From NCBI GenBank assembly GCA_000182565.2, contig KQ257460.1: a stretch of DNA of 64,000 bases, one strand, 5' to 3'. The notes below the pieces were generated by a model. It was given only the letters and a program-made list of their open reading frames with translations. It made no database searches and was not told the DNA's origin. Below are positions 48,813-61,020 of this stretch, one piece after another. The stretch is from Spizellomyces punctatus DAOM BR117 (lineage: Eukaryota). The translations under genes were made by a program, and so were the position numbers. Each line of letters starts with the position of its first letter. Position 1 is the first letter of the stretch.

Positions 48813-49159
48813 GGTTGCCGACCGATGAACCGAGAAAGCAAACCCTCAACTAGGGCAGCTGTTAAGAACAAGCACAAATGAAGTCGACCAAACGAGCCAA
48901 TGCCAGTTGGGAAATCCCCCGTTCGTCCTTTTGATGATTGCTCCGTCGCGCGCTTTGTCTTGCAAAAACGACGTGGCCATGAGCAAAGTGCTGCTCGCAT
49001 GTGGGGTGTGGCACGGTCACGTGTAGTAGATGACTGTGCCACGTCATCTGCCGGGAATGGACAACGTAAACACAAGAGCACCTTTCTTCCGCCATCTTTC
49101 CCCCATCCTGACCCCCAATCATCTCTGACCTGACCTACATCTCTTCTTTCCAATCAGCT

Positions 49160-50345
49160 ATGGCGAATATAACGGAGGAATGGGTCAAAGCTTCCGACGG
49201 GGTTGAGATCTACCATAGAGTGTGGGAGGTACGAGGGTCTTTACCTGGTTGCTTGTGATCTCGTCGATAAATTGACTCTTTGACTTGCGAACCCAAATAG
49301 CCTACTCGACCGAAGCCACTTGCAACCGTGGTATTCGTTCACGGTACGCAGCTTGTTAGTATGTCGCGACACTTGCTGATTTTTAATGACCTTTTTTGGA
49401 TGAGCAGGTGTTGGTGAACATATTTGCCGATACGACCACGTCTTCAAACCCTTTGCTGAAGCCGGTATCAAGGTCCGCTCGTTCGACCAGAGAGGCTTTG
49501 GGAAAACTGGAAGAAAGTCTGGAATCCTCGGACATAACGAAGGTTATGACAGGGTTTTGAAAGACGTGGATGAGGTTGCGGCAAAGGTCCGTGTCGCCGG
49601 CGTACCCCACTTCGTATTTGGTCATTCCATGGGTGGTGGGATTGCTCTTCGCTACGCTATAGATCATCAGAATGACGACATTAGTGGCCTCATTGCTTCT
49701 GGTAGTGAACATTCTCTGAATCGCCAACGACATTGACTGTGCGCTAACGGTGTTTGTTCAAAGCCCCGCTAGTGGGGCTTGGTGCAAAGACTGCAGTATC
49801 GACACCCGAATACTATGCGATTCGTGCCATGTCATACTTTTTTGGCACGGTGACAATTTCAAATCCTGTCGATCCTGCCAATCTTACTCGTGATCCGACC
49901 GTGAACAAGGCATATGTTGAAGATCCTTTGGTCCACCCTTATACAAGCCTTTCCACCGGTGAGTCCTATTCTATTCATAATGCACGCAAGGAGTAATATC
50001 TTACATAGATGAGAACCGGCAGCCCGAGACATAGTCTTAAATGGAGAAGCCTTGGCGGGCAGTTTGGCCGCACAGCTGACCCTTCCATTGCTCATTACAT
50101 TTGGCACTGGCGATCACATCTGCTCATATGACGCTGCAAAGGCTTTTTGCGATGCCGCCGCAAGCAAAGATAAGACATTCAAGTCATACACTGATTTGTG
50201 TCACGAGCGTGAGTTAAGATCCAATGTGGTGCATCCCAGCTCCATTTGACTTTTAAGTTATTGTGTAGTGCACAACGAACCGGAGAAGGATGAAATTATC
50301 AAGTTTTACATCGACTGGATTTTGGAGAGAGCCAAGAAGGCGTAA
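49160..50345 (+). CDS. Monoglyceride lipase / lysophospholipase (Hydrolase_4 alpha/beta hydrolase), multi-exon
   Basis: VFVHG / VGEH, SFDQRGFG, nucleophile elbow FGHSMGG, LTRDP...DPL, GTGDHIC, catalytic His in CHELHNEP. Confidence 0.88.
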
Positions 50346-50455
50346 TGTCGTAGTCTTAGAAACTATCACTAATCATTTTGTTGCCTATACCAACTGCTTT
50401 AATATATGGATAATAACAGTGCTGACACATTGGCCCAAAATCCCGAAAATACTTA

Positions 50456-51454
50456 TTAAAAGAAAATCACCCCGATCAAAAATGCTATGACCGCAATCGC
50501 TGCCAACATCTGGATTGACAATCCCTGCTGCACGTGAATCAGAGCGGGCGATGCGTTCTCTTTTGACCCTCCACCTGAATGCACCTCCGCTGACGCTCCT
50601 TCTTTTCGCCGCCGCAGAAGGTTCAATCGCTCAACTTCGGCCTTGTACCCTTCACAGGCTGCCTGCAAAGCTTTGACCTTCTCCCGCGCATCAGTAAGCT
50701 CCTTGTCTACCAGGTCCACAGTCTTGGCGTCATCTGCACGACTCAGATTGCCGGAACGCACAGCTGGGGGCGGTGTAGGGCGAACTTGGTCGCTACGTCC
50801 AATGCTCACAGGCTGTACAGAAGGGCTGGGCTCAGCTGCAGACGGAGGTGGTGATGGCAGCTGCGGCGGGGACTGGAGGGAGAGAGAAGAGCGTGGCGAT
50901 GTGGTGTTCGCGTCTGTGAATTCTTGTTTGGTGCTCGGTTGTCGGGATACGCTAGTAGAGGTATTCGACATGGAAGACTCCTGCCGTCGATGTCCTTGCT
51001 CCTGATCTGCGGGCAGGAACACACACCTCAGCTTTCTCTCCACCAGAACATGACTGGCCGCTTCAGGGCTGCTCTTCTTGAGTTGCTCCGCTTGAAGCCA
51101 TAACTCTTGAAGCCTGTTAGTAAACTGATCTCCCTCTGCAACCATGAGATCTGCGGGAATCTTTATGCCTTGAACAAGAAATTTGTCTTTGCTCTTTGCA
51201 TCCGCCGGCGGATCCTCCTTCATTGCCTGCAAAAGGACTTGCACCTCTACCGAGGCGCCTGGAGGGATACGCCCACTGTTAGGTCTGACACAGTACTGCT
51301 TGGGAGCGGTAGTCTTCACTTTGAAAGCAACGGGAGACTCGGGGTGGATGTTGGATACTATAAGACTTTGCTTGACCACATGAGTGAATGGGCGTCGGAA
51401 CTCCAGCTCCCTTTCAGGGGCCAGTTTGAGAAAATGGCTTTGAGATGAATCCAT
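50456..51454 (-). CDS. SCS2: VAP/Scs2 MSP-domain ER contact-site protein
   Basis: AFKVKTTAPKQYCVRPNSG signature, DKFLVQ, KLRCVF, coiled coil, C-terminal TM helix; single exon from MDSSQSH. Confidence 0.95.
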   Translation of the reverse strand: MDSSQSHFLKLAPERELEFRRPFTHVVKQSLIVSNIHPESPVAFKVKTTAPKQYCVRPNSGRIPPGASVEVQVLLQAMKEDPPADAKSKDKFLVQGIKIPADLMVAEGDQFTNRLQELWLQAEQLKKSSPEAASHVLVERKLRCVFLPADQEQGHRRQESSMSNTSTSVSRQPSTKQEFTDANTTSPRSSLSLQSPPQLPSPPPSAAEPSPSVQPVSIGRSDQVRPTPPPAVRSGNLSRADDAKTVDLVDKELTDAREKVKALQAACEGYKAEVERLNLLRRRKEGASAEVHSGGGSKENASPALIHVQQGLSIQMLAAIAVIAFLIGVIFF

Positions 51455-51692
51455 GGTTCTGCGTGGCCTACAGCGCGCGGCGTTAGCCAAAGATGAGACA
51501 TGGGGTGTGCCGTTGGGCAAATGACCAAGTTCGACGTACCGGCAATCTGAGTAATGATCCGCAACAAAGGTGTCCCCCCAAGTTTGTCAAAATGACTCGC
51601 GGTTGGAGTCGGGATTAGGTCAGCCGACACCCCCTCGGTCCCTTTCCTCCTTCCTACGGCTTTGCACTTTGTTGCGTTGGTACTTTTGCAAA

Positions 51693-53708
51693 ATGGCTAG
51701 AGCTGAAGATTACTCTACTAGGCACCGTCTGGCTCTTGTTGGTCGGTCCGGGTATCTCGTGGACTCCCGTTTGAGCTGACGCTAACTTTCGCGATCTAGC
51801 CTTGGGGATATTTTCAGCACTGACCACTGCTGGAGTTATCTTTGGGTTCCAAGCTCTTCGTCCGGCGCTCATTGATAGCCATGTGTATGAGGACCTATGC
51901 TCTCCCGCCGAGGACAAGCCGTGCAATGCACAAGTGCTTCGTCTCAACCTTATGTTTGCAAGTAAGTTGGGAAGGCAGGTGCCGCTCTCATGACCCGCGC
52001 TAATGAGAAGAAAAAAGTTGCTTCAACCGGTGCCAACCTTGCTTCACTGCCTATCGGAATGATTCTCGACAAATACGGACCCCGTGCAACGATGCTGTTA
52101 GGAAGCGGACTATTTTTGCTTGGGTCAATATTATTTGGGTGTAGCAACCCAAACTTTGACGGTTACATAATAGGATACTTACTTTTGGGCGTCGGCGGGC
52201 CTTTCTGTTTCATCGCGGTGAGGAATGTCGAATTTAAGCATCAACTTATAAGAAAGACTGAATACAGCCCGTAGAGCCTTCATATTAGCCTTACCTTTCC
52301 CTCGCGTCAGTATCCAGATGTATCTGCAACTTTGATTAGCGAGCAAGCTCTGATATCTGCTCGTAGATTCCGGAAAGATAATGGCTGCGCTCACAGGTGC
52401 TTTTGATGCTTCCAGCATCATCTATCTCATCTTTGCGGTCAGTCTTATTTGGATTGCTTATTTGCATAATCATTTTCTTAATTGGGCTTTCACGGTGGCA
52501 GGACCTTTACAAGGCCCTTGGTGGTTCCATACAAAGATATTTTGCAGCCTACAGGTAGAAATACGGCATCGTGCCGCTCTCGCAAAGCAACTAGCTTACA
52601 TGTGCAACCAGCGTTGTTCCAATAGTGATTGTCATCGCTACCCTGCTGCTAATGCCAAAATCTTCATTCGGCAAGCATCAAGAAGAAGGTGGCGAAAGTG
52701 AGATCGAAACGGACGAAGGACAACCTTTATTGGCTCCGACTGTGGCAACCGAAAATGCCACAGAGCTTTTCTGGAAACAATTTAAAAGCCCGGAATTTTG
52801 GTCAGTTGAAATAGTCAGACTGCTGTAATACTTAGGCTGAATACTTGAAAAAAGCAACTAATTTATGGTCCTGATTAGGGGTATCACCTCCACAATATGT
52901 CTCTTTATGCTCAGATTAAATTTCTATATTTCGTCCATAAAGGAGCAGTTATTGGATTTGTCAAGAACTCCTGCCGATCTTGACGAGGGTAAGGATACGG
53001 CTTGTCTATCTTTGGGCGTATTACTCTTGGCTGATACTAGGTCGAACATGGAAGTTGATCGAATAGTATCCTACTTCAATGTGGCACTTCCCCTGGCTGG
53101 TTTGGTGTCTATTCCAGCCGTTGGACACCTCTTGGACAACTTCTCGTTCAAGATCAGCTTTGTGGTTCTATGGATATTCGGATTATCATTTGGGATTCTA
53201 TCGTAAGAGCACGTCCGGCTTCTGCAGCCACTTTACCAGGCTAACGCACGTATGGCCCTACGACCGTCAACCAGCCTGGTTCCAAATGTACCTTTGCAGT
53301 ACCTCTCAGGTGAGCTGCACACCATTTCCCGACGTCAGCGGAACTACGCTGCACCTGGATGCTAATCCTTTTATACTAGTCGCCATATTTGTGCTAAAGC
53401 GACCTCTACTGTACACGATTGGAAACGATTTTTGTGCCAAGACGTTCGCATCTAGTGGCTGTTGCGGATGTTGACTTGTTAGCTAATACCAATCGCTTTA
53501 TAGGTTCGGTTTTGTTACGTTCGGACGGCTTTACGGTATCATGAATGTTCTCGCGGGACTCTTTTCGATGCTGCAGTACCTGTTCAATTATGTGGCTCTC
53601 GATTTGATGAACGGACATTTCTGGGCGGTCAATCTGTCCCTAACCGTCGTGACCGGCCTGCTTCTAATTTTCCCGATTTATCTTGGTTTGCGACAGCAGT
53701 CAGTCTAA
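51693..53708 (+). CDS. MFS transporter of the SLC43/LAT3-FMP42 type, many exons
   Basis: LTTAGVIFGFQAL, G.ILDKYGPR loop motif, ALTGAFDASS, FMLRLNFYI, RPLLYT, FGFVTFGRLYG. Confidence 0.85.
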
Positions 53709-53863
53709 CTTTGTTAGTGGCGTAGATCGATCGAATTCCTATTCTCACTTCTAGTAGACTTAGTGGGAGGGCCGCTTCAGACCTGTAGTTTGGACGTAAG
53801 CTAAGAACACAGACGCCGGATGCGCCAGAACAGCATTATACTATTTACAAGACATAATCTAAG

Positions 53864-56800
53864 CTACTTCCGTTTTTTTGCGCTTCCCTTGCTATCGTCT
53901 CTCCCTTTTCTCTTCTTTTCGTCTTTCTCCTCCTCCACCTCCGCGGTCTCTTTCGATATGAGACTAACTAGAGTATTGCATCGCCGTTGAATTTCTTGCG
54001 CTGTGCGGGACTTGATGAACCAATCAAATCGGAATAGGGGTGACCGTTTCACCTCGTCCAAGATTTTATCGTAGACATCATCTGAACCATAGCCGAAGCG
54101 TTCCAACATGACGAGCTAGGAAAGATTTTAATCATGATTTGCGGGGTCCACTCAAGGCAGATAACGTCTTCCACCATGAACCTTACCAAAAAGCGGTCTT
54201 CCTCCTCTGTGAAGTTTTTGCCCTTGCTTTGCAAATACTGTATCTTCAGTTGCTGCAAGGGGGCACGGTGCTGCCTAACCTTTGCCGTCAAGGCATCCTG
54301 AATTTCCTGAGTCCTTTTCAATTTGGCTTCACCTTTTTCTATGTTCGCAATGATCTTCTCATAATCTGGATCATGGAATGAGTATTGTACGTCCATCCCG
54401 CCAAGAAGTACACTTGCTTCTGATGTGCACGTACCGGCAATTTCTCTGAAGCGCTTCCAGAACACAGCCGCGTACTGTTTCACCTCGGATGCGGTTTTCC
54501 CCTCCACTTCTTGCGCAATTGCCTCAAGATCATGTCTGAAAGATATTGACCTAGTTAGCGTAATTCATAGCCGGGTATACCTGAAGACCATGTCACCTTC
54601 CGTTCTTCTCGTTAGCCTTGCAAAATGCGATGAAGTCTCGCTTCGACCAATCGCCAAATCCCTGACCGCGACAGAAGCCATGTCAACGTCCGCAGAAGAA
54701 ATTCTACGACAAATAGAAATTGCGTACTTTGGTCAACAGTTTCTCCTTTTCAGCAATTTCAGCTTCGGAGAGCGGCTCAGCTAGAGGGATAAGAGGGAAT
54801 GTCAAATTCATAAAACCGCGCGGCTGACAGATTATTGCACCAAGTATTACCTTGATCAACCTTGGCTTGCTCTTCCTTCATTTTCTCCGCTGTATCTTCT
54901 TCATTTTCACCTTCTACATCCTCGGGCCTCACTTTATACCCAATCTCTTTCTGTTGGGGGGATAAGCACGGTAGGACAACGGTATAAGACAGCCTATGCC
55001 TGAACCTACGCGGAAAGCGAGGATTTCTCTTTCTTGCAAATCCTTCAGACGCGCCGGATAGAACTGGAAATCTTGGCTGCGGCATTTGGTTATTCTCCTT
55101 ATTCTATCAAATAGCTCTGCACACTGCGCTTCCTTACATGTTTGCAATTCTTGGTGGCTTGGGAGCCTTCTCCTTTGCAGTTCGGCCTCCTGTTTGTAGC
55201 ATAACCTTGTAATACTCCTGCTCGGAATACGATGCCAAAACTAGGAAAGAGTTTCCAGCTCACAACATGGCTAGAGCCGTTGATAAGGATAATCATGCTT
55301 ACGGTTCTTTCGCTCGCGCTTAGCGGGTCCAATCCATCCAAAGCTACCGCCTTCCTTTTTCTGATAGACGGTCACAATTAACCTTTCCGACACGAGCCAG
55401 TTGTATTCTTCTGCTACTCACTCGGAAGTCTGCACCTTCCCATTCGTAGACACTCCCGCCACCCGCTAAGCTGAATTTTTGCAGATCATCAAGACCCATG
55501 TTGGCATATTTTGAGTCCAGCTCTGCAGTCTTCTGTTCGGATCGCTTGAGAACCTCTTCAATATTATCTCCTGTAATCGTACTTGAATCCGCCCGAGTTA
55601 GTGACTCAGTCTCCCAAGTTCCTCAGATCGTTGACAAATACCTGTCCGTCGACTTGAAAATATCCTGTGCTCCATGTTGAATCATCGAGACAAGGTCATC
55701 CTTGGATGCCGCTACAGTACAAATGTCAATGAGCTGATGCCTCTACAGCAATTGCTGGCTTCCGTTATACCTTTACTATTTTGCACGGATCTGCCTTGTT
55801 GAATGACGAGCTGGTCAAGACGAAGCTTTTGTGTTGCACGATCGATGACTTTTTCTTCAACTGCATTCTGGAGAGTCACCAGGATGAGTCTGCCACATGT
55901 GTGTCGGACTTTCATAGCACAACTCCCAAGCCTGTCCTACCTCGGTGATAAATCGGAAAACAACGACTTGCTTTTTCTGCCCGATACGATGTGCGCGATC
56001 CTCAGCTTGAAGGTCAACTTGCGGATTCCAGTCGCTATCGTACATGATGACAGTGTCCGCGGTAGCCAAGTTGATGCCGAGACCGCCCGCCCGTGTAGTC
56101 AATAAGAATATAAATTTGGAACTGTCGGGTTTGTTGTATTCATCGATACTGGCAACCCGATCCTCATGCGGAGTCTGTCCATCTATTCGGCAGTATTGAT
56201 ATCCACGAAAGATGCAATAATCCTCCAGAATATCTAGCATTCTGCTCATCTGACTAAACAAGAGCACGCGCGACCCTTGAGCTTTTGAGCGCTCCAACAG
56301 CTTGTCTAAAACTACCATCTTTCCTGCATTTTCAATGATATGCTCGTCAGTTGTATAAGGTGGTCCTGGCTCTGCACCATCGAAGAGGTACGGATGGTTA
56401 CAACATTTACGCAGTTGCATCACAATGTTTTGCAACCTTGTAAGCCGAGTTTTACTCTGCTTGTCGCCGAGAGCATCATTTACTGCGTCAATGTCCTTTT
56501 CAAGCAGGTTCCGATACCATCTTCGCTGCATCGCGCTCATCCCAACATAGATATTGACCCTCTTTTTTGGTAAGAGCGATTTCTCAACATCTGCTTTGAT
56601 ACGCCTGAGTAAAAACGGTCGGAGGACCTTGTGGAGCTGGGAGACGACCTTATCCTGGTCTCCTCCTTGAGACTCAAACCATCGGTCAAAATCTTCTGAC
56701 GAACTGAAAATGTCTGGAAGAAGGAAATTCAAGAGTGCCCATAGCTCGTGCAAGTTGTTCTGGAGAGGGGTTCCCGTTAACAACAGGCGATTACGACACT

Positions 56801-57737
56801 GAAACTCTCGCACGATTTGAGACAGGGCCGAGTTTTCATTCTTGATTCTATGTGCCTCGTCAATGACAATGTACTGCCAAGACAATTTCCGGAAATGTGC
56901 CTTCTCCAAGAGGCACATCTCGTAAGATGTCACGCAAACTTCAAAGTCTTGGGCTAGCAACTTGTCTTGCACTACTGCTTGTCGTTCCGGCTTACTCCCA
57001 TGGAACATAAAAACATCTAATGAGGGCACCCATCGCTTGAATTCGTTCACCCAGTTGTGTAAAGTAGACTTTGGAACTATAACCAGATGAGGTCCATCGA
57101 TCGACTGGAAATGCTTAAGGTAACCCAAAAATGATATGGATTGAAGCGTTTTCCCAAGACCCATCTCATCTGCAAGAATTCCGTTGATTCCATTTTCAAA
57201 GAGTGAGATCAACCAGTTCAAGCCTTGAACCTGGTAGTCTCTCATTGGAGCGTGCTTGACATACGGTGGAGATTCATCGAAGACAAACGGAGCTGGCTCC
57301 TCCTCCTGCTCGTCCTTTAAAAGTTCTTCATCTTCTTCCTTCTCAGTTTTGCGATGACGTCGTGATCCGATCTTGGAGCTTTTCTTTGCCTTCTCAGCGT
57401 CCGCTGCTTCCTCCAACGCCGTGACATCCATACCTTTCATCTTATTTATGTTGATGAAATGTGCGAAAAGCTCTGTCTGACCCATAAGATAGGCATATCG
57501 CTTTTGCTGGTCCTTTGCTTTCTTTCGCTGCAGTTCCTCAGAATCTCTGGCAAACCCTGCCTTTCGTTTGGCATTCAAGGCGCGGTCGACCGGGCGTTTT
57601 ACATGTCTAGCCTCTTGTGTGCTCTTCTCACTTTCCGTCTGCAGGTCATCGTCGACATCCATACCGTCGCTAACGGTCCCATTATTCTCCTCTGCGCTTA
57701 CAGCCTCCGCTTGTTCAGGATTGTCTATCGATGACAT
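53864..57737 (-). CDS. ISWI: ISWI-family chromatin-remodelling ATPase (SNF2 helicase + HAND-SANT-SLIDE)
   Basis: [71 protein letters not shown]-terminal EEEDRFL and [11 protein letters not shown] of the SLIDE domain. Confidence 0.97.
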
Positions 57738-58027
57738 GGCTGCAGTTTCGACATTGGAGATCAGCGAGGTTCTGCTTCTAAGAAGTCACGTGAGGTCCAC
57801 TCTATCCCGAGTGATATGTCCGACTTCGAATCAAGCTCAAAATCCGCGCAGGAAAAAGAACTCTAAAAAAGTTACAGCGGCTGCAAATACATAGTAGAAA
57901 GAAGGATGTATTCTAATGACAAAGTGTCAATGTAAACAGTTTAATTGGCGAATTCATCATATAAAAAGTACGAAGGATGATCGCCAGTAAAGTCCTCCCT
58001 CAGCAGCATATATTCTATCACAAAAAT

Positions 58028-59481
58028 CTAGTGTCCAGGTTCAACGAGTTCCGTGTTGGTATAGACGACGGGACTCTTCTTGAATCCATTGAACTGGGAC
58101 GCAGCGCACATGGTGTATGCGCCCATATTGTCGAAATGCAGCCAGTCGCCGACCTGCATCTCAGGAAGGGAAAAGCCCTTGCCAATACAATCGATGGAGT
58201 CACAAGTGGGGCCCCACACGCTACAAGGGAATTCGGCCTCTTGAATCGCGTGCTTGTACATAAAAGCACCCGAACGCGCGAGTACATTCGGAGTAACCAC
58301 AGCATGATCAAAAGTGATGCAGTTGAAGCTTCCGTACATTCCATCATTGATGTAGTACATGTAAGAAGGATGATCATCGCGGGTGGCAACGGCGCTCGCC
58401 TCACTCTCGTCGATAGCACTGCTTTTCCGATCCCGGGGAACCACGCGGCGCGCAATGACATTGACCGCCAAGGTGAAAGCCGAAGAAACATAGTAGCGAC
58501 CCGGCTCCGCGATAACGCGTACCTCGGGACCAAAATGTTGGTCAATGGCCGGTCCGAGCACAGCCGCAATCTGCTGAAAGCTGACACCGGGAGCGTTGTT
58601 GCCAGGGAAGCCACCTCCAACATCGAGAAGGTGGAAGTCGTAACCCCACGCTTTTCCCTCATCGAAAGCCTTGCGAGCGAGCATAACAGCTTCGCCAAAA
58701 GCACTAGCATCAAAGCATCCACTTCCAACGTGGAAACTGATGCCGATGACATCCATGTCGAGCTCACGAGCTGCTTTGAGAAGATGGGGCACAGCTGCCA
58801 TGGGCGCTCCAAACTTAACGCCAAGTTTGCAGATCGATCTCGAGTCATCCGTCAGGATACGAAGAATCATCTGGGCGTTTGGGTGAATAGCCTTCACCTT
58901 CCGTAGTTCGTCAGCATTATCGAAAGTCATCATCCTGACTCCAGTAGCAGCGGCAAAGCGAATGTGGGACGCTTGCTTGCAAGGGTTGGCGTATATAATC
59001 TTGGAGGGGTGCACGCCCTGGTCCAACGCCATCTGGATCTCACCCTTGCTCGCACAATCAAAGCCGGTTCCGAGTGAAGTAAGGGTCTTCAATACCATGG
59101 TATCGGGGTTACACTTCACGGCTGTCAATGTAGAGAGAACTAGTGAGCGAGGTACAATACGGCACATCGCAATGATGCAGAATGCCTACCATAAAAGGGC
59201 TCGACACGAGGAAGGAGCTGCTTCCACTGTGCATGCTGGCGGGCTACTTCTCCAAGATCACCAACGAAAAAAGAGTCTTGCGCTTCGGGATTCGTCACAT
59301 CGTAGTCAACTGTGCGGCTACGCAAAATTGATCCAACGGACCGCGAACTCACGTTCGCGGGCTCCGCCGTGGCCATCCCAGAGGACAAGCCATGGTGGAG
59401 CTTTGTAAGAGACTGCTTACGCGAGAGAGCACCGAAAAATTCAGTATCGGGGTTGATGAAAGGTACGATAACCTCCTTCAT
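58028..59481 (-). CDS. SPE1: Ornithine decarboxylase, 2 exons (intron 59122-59189)
   Basis: PFY/AVKCN (PLP lysine), FDCASKGE, YANPCK, FHVGSG, LDVGGGF, AEPGRY, YYINDGMYGSF, WGPTCDSID (catalytic Cys), GAYT. Catalytic residues are intact, so this is ODC rather than an antizyme inhibitor. Confidence 0.96.
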
Positions 59482-59596
59482 CGGACCGGACGTAATAAAA
59501 GCGCGACGCGTTGGAAGAGAGGAGGAAAGGACGGTGAGAGGGCACGGGCCCGGATTAGCGAGTGACTAGTGAAGTAAAGTTTGGAAAAATGGAGTT

Positions 59597-59788
59597 TCAG
59601 GCGCCTTCTGCACCTGCCCAAGGGGGTTCTAAAGAAAACGCCGAGAGTTGGTTGGTCTGCACGAAATACTCAAGAAACATATTGAACAAAAACAAACCTG
59701 GAAGAATCCCCGGAAGGAGACGAATGTTAAGTCGACTTGGGAAGTACGTGGTTGCAGGTGCACTTCTGGGGTAACCCGAAGTGCAAAG
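59597..59788 (-). promoter_or_regulatory. Upstream ORF in ODC leader ending in EPPW motif (uCC-like)
   Basis: Minus-strand frame open from after the TAA at 59789-59791 to the TGA at 59597-59599, ending ...TNQLSAFSLEPPWAGAEGA*. It stops 115 nt before the ODC AUG. Confidence 0.75.
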
Positions 59789-59976
59789 TTACAAGATGAG
59801 GGCGAATACCCTGATGATTTGAGACCGAAGAGCACAAAGCCTTCGGCTTAACCGTTAAAAGATTGCGCGAAACAAGAAGCGAGTGGAAGAATCCGTTTTG
59901 TTTGAACGGAATCCTAAAAAGTAGGCAAAAGATGTTGGGTAGAAAATGTTGGGGGGACTACAGTTGGGGGGGCCCC

Positions 59977-59983
59977 TTTTATA
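59977..59983 (-). promoter_or_regulatory. TATA box for ODC
   Basis: CTATAAAAGGGG on the minus strand about 500 nt upstream of the ODC AUG, followed by pyrimidine-rich sequence. Confidence 0.55.
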
Positions 59984-61020
59984 GTCGAGGTTAAGCACGA
60001 ACGAAGTGTGAAAAAAAGACGCGCCGATTGATTCCATAATGCATTTTGGCCAGTTTGCGAATCCCGTTTGTTTTCTTGGGGACAATACGAAAACAAAGAC
60101 GCTTTTCGCCAAGATCCCCCCCAAAAATAAAAAACCTCGCCTTGGCCTCTCCCCAAAAATAAACCTCCGCCTTGGCGAATGGTTACTTTTTTTTATGGTT
60201 GGGGGGGGGGCTCTTGTTGTGGTATATCGGGGCTGATGATGGATGAAAGACATCCCAACCAGCCAATGACGACGCTAGTCCAGAACAATCGCTGGAAGCA
60301 TTTATGGCTGTTCTTTGTGATGATTTGGTTATTCCCCCCCCCCCCCCCAAAAAAAAAAAAAAGAATCAGAACAAAACGATCCAACGTTCCAAACTGCGGG
60401 AATCGACCAAGGGTAGTTCAACTGCCTTTCAGTCTCAAGACTCGTTGAATTTGGTAACATTTGCAGATCTGACGTCGACTTTTCTTCCCGTCATGGTTCA
60501 GTATCTCGCACAATATTTTGAATGAAGTATATAAAAGCTAATTGTGGCATATGTCATCTTCGTGTGCCGCTGCACCGCTCTTCAATGGCGACTTTTTCTG
60601 GTCCGTTTTGTAAACATGACATCCAGAATCCAGTGGATACTGGACATAATGCTCAACAACTCTACAACCGTAGCGGTTGTAGGGAAGGTTGCTCCCAAAA
60701 ACTTCCTCTGATGATTCGCTTAGGCACACATTGCGAGATATCTACGAAAATCACTGGCACACTCTGGCAAAAAGAGGCTCGCAATGTTGCCCCTTTAAGG
60801 CCAGCAGAGGCAGCGATAACAAAAGGCGTCCATGTTTTGACAGCCACACTAATGCAAACCTGTCTCCGCACACCCGGCACCGACTATGACGTCAACAGCT
60901 ACAGGCTCATCAGTGGTTTGAGTTCTGAGCAAGTCGATCAATGACCGACAAGTATTAATTAGTGTACTATTTAACAACGATCATTGATGAACTACGGCCA
61001 ATATATCAATTCCCAGTAAA

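Noticed and set aside
57977-58906. 309-aa plus-strand ORF antisense to ODC (and a 276-aa alternative minus frame)
   Set aside because: Lies almost entirely over the ODC CDS with no recognisable motifs; explained as a codon-bias shadow.
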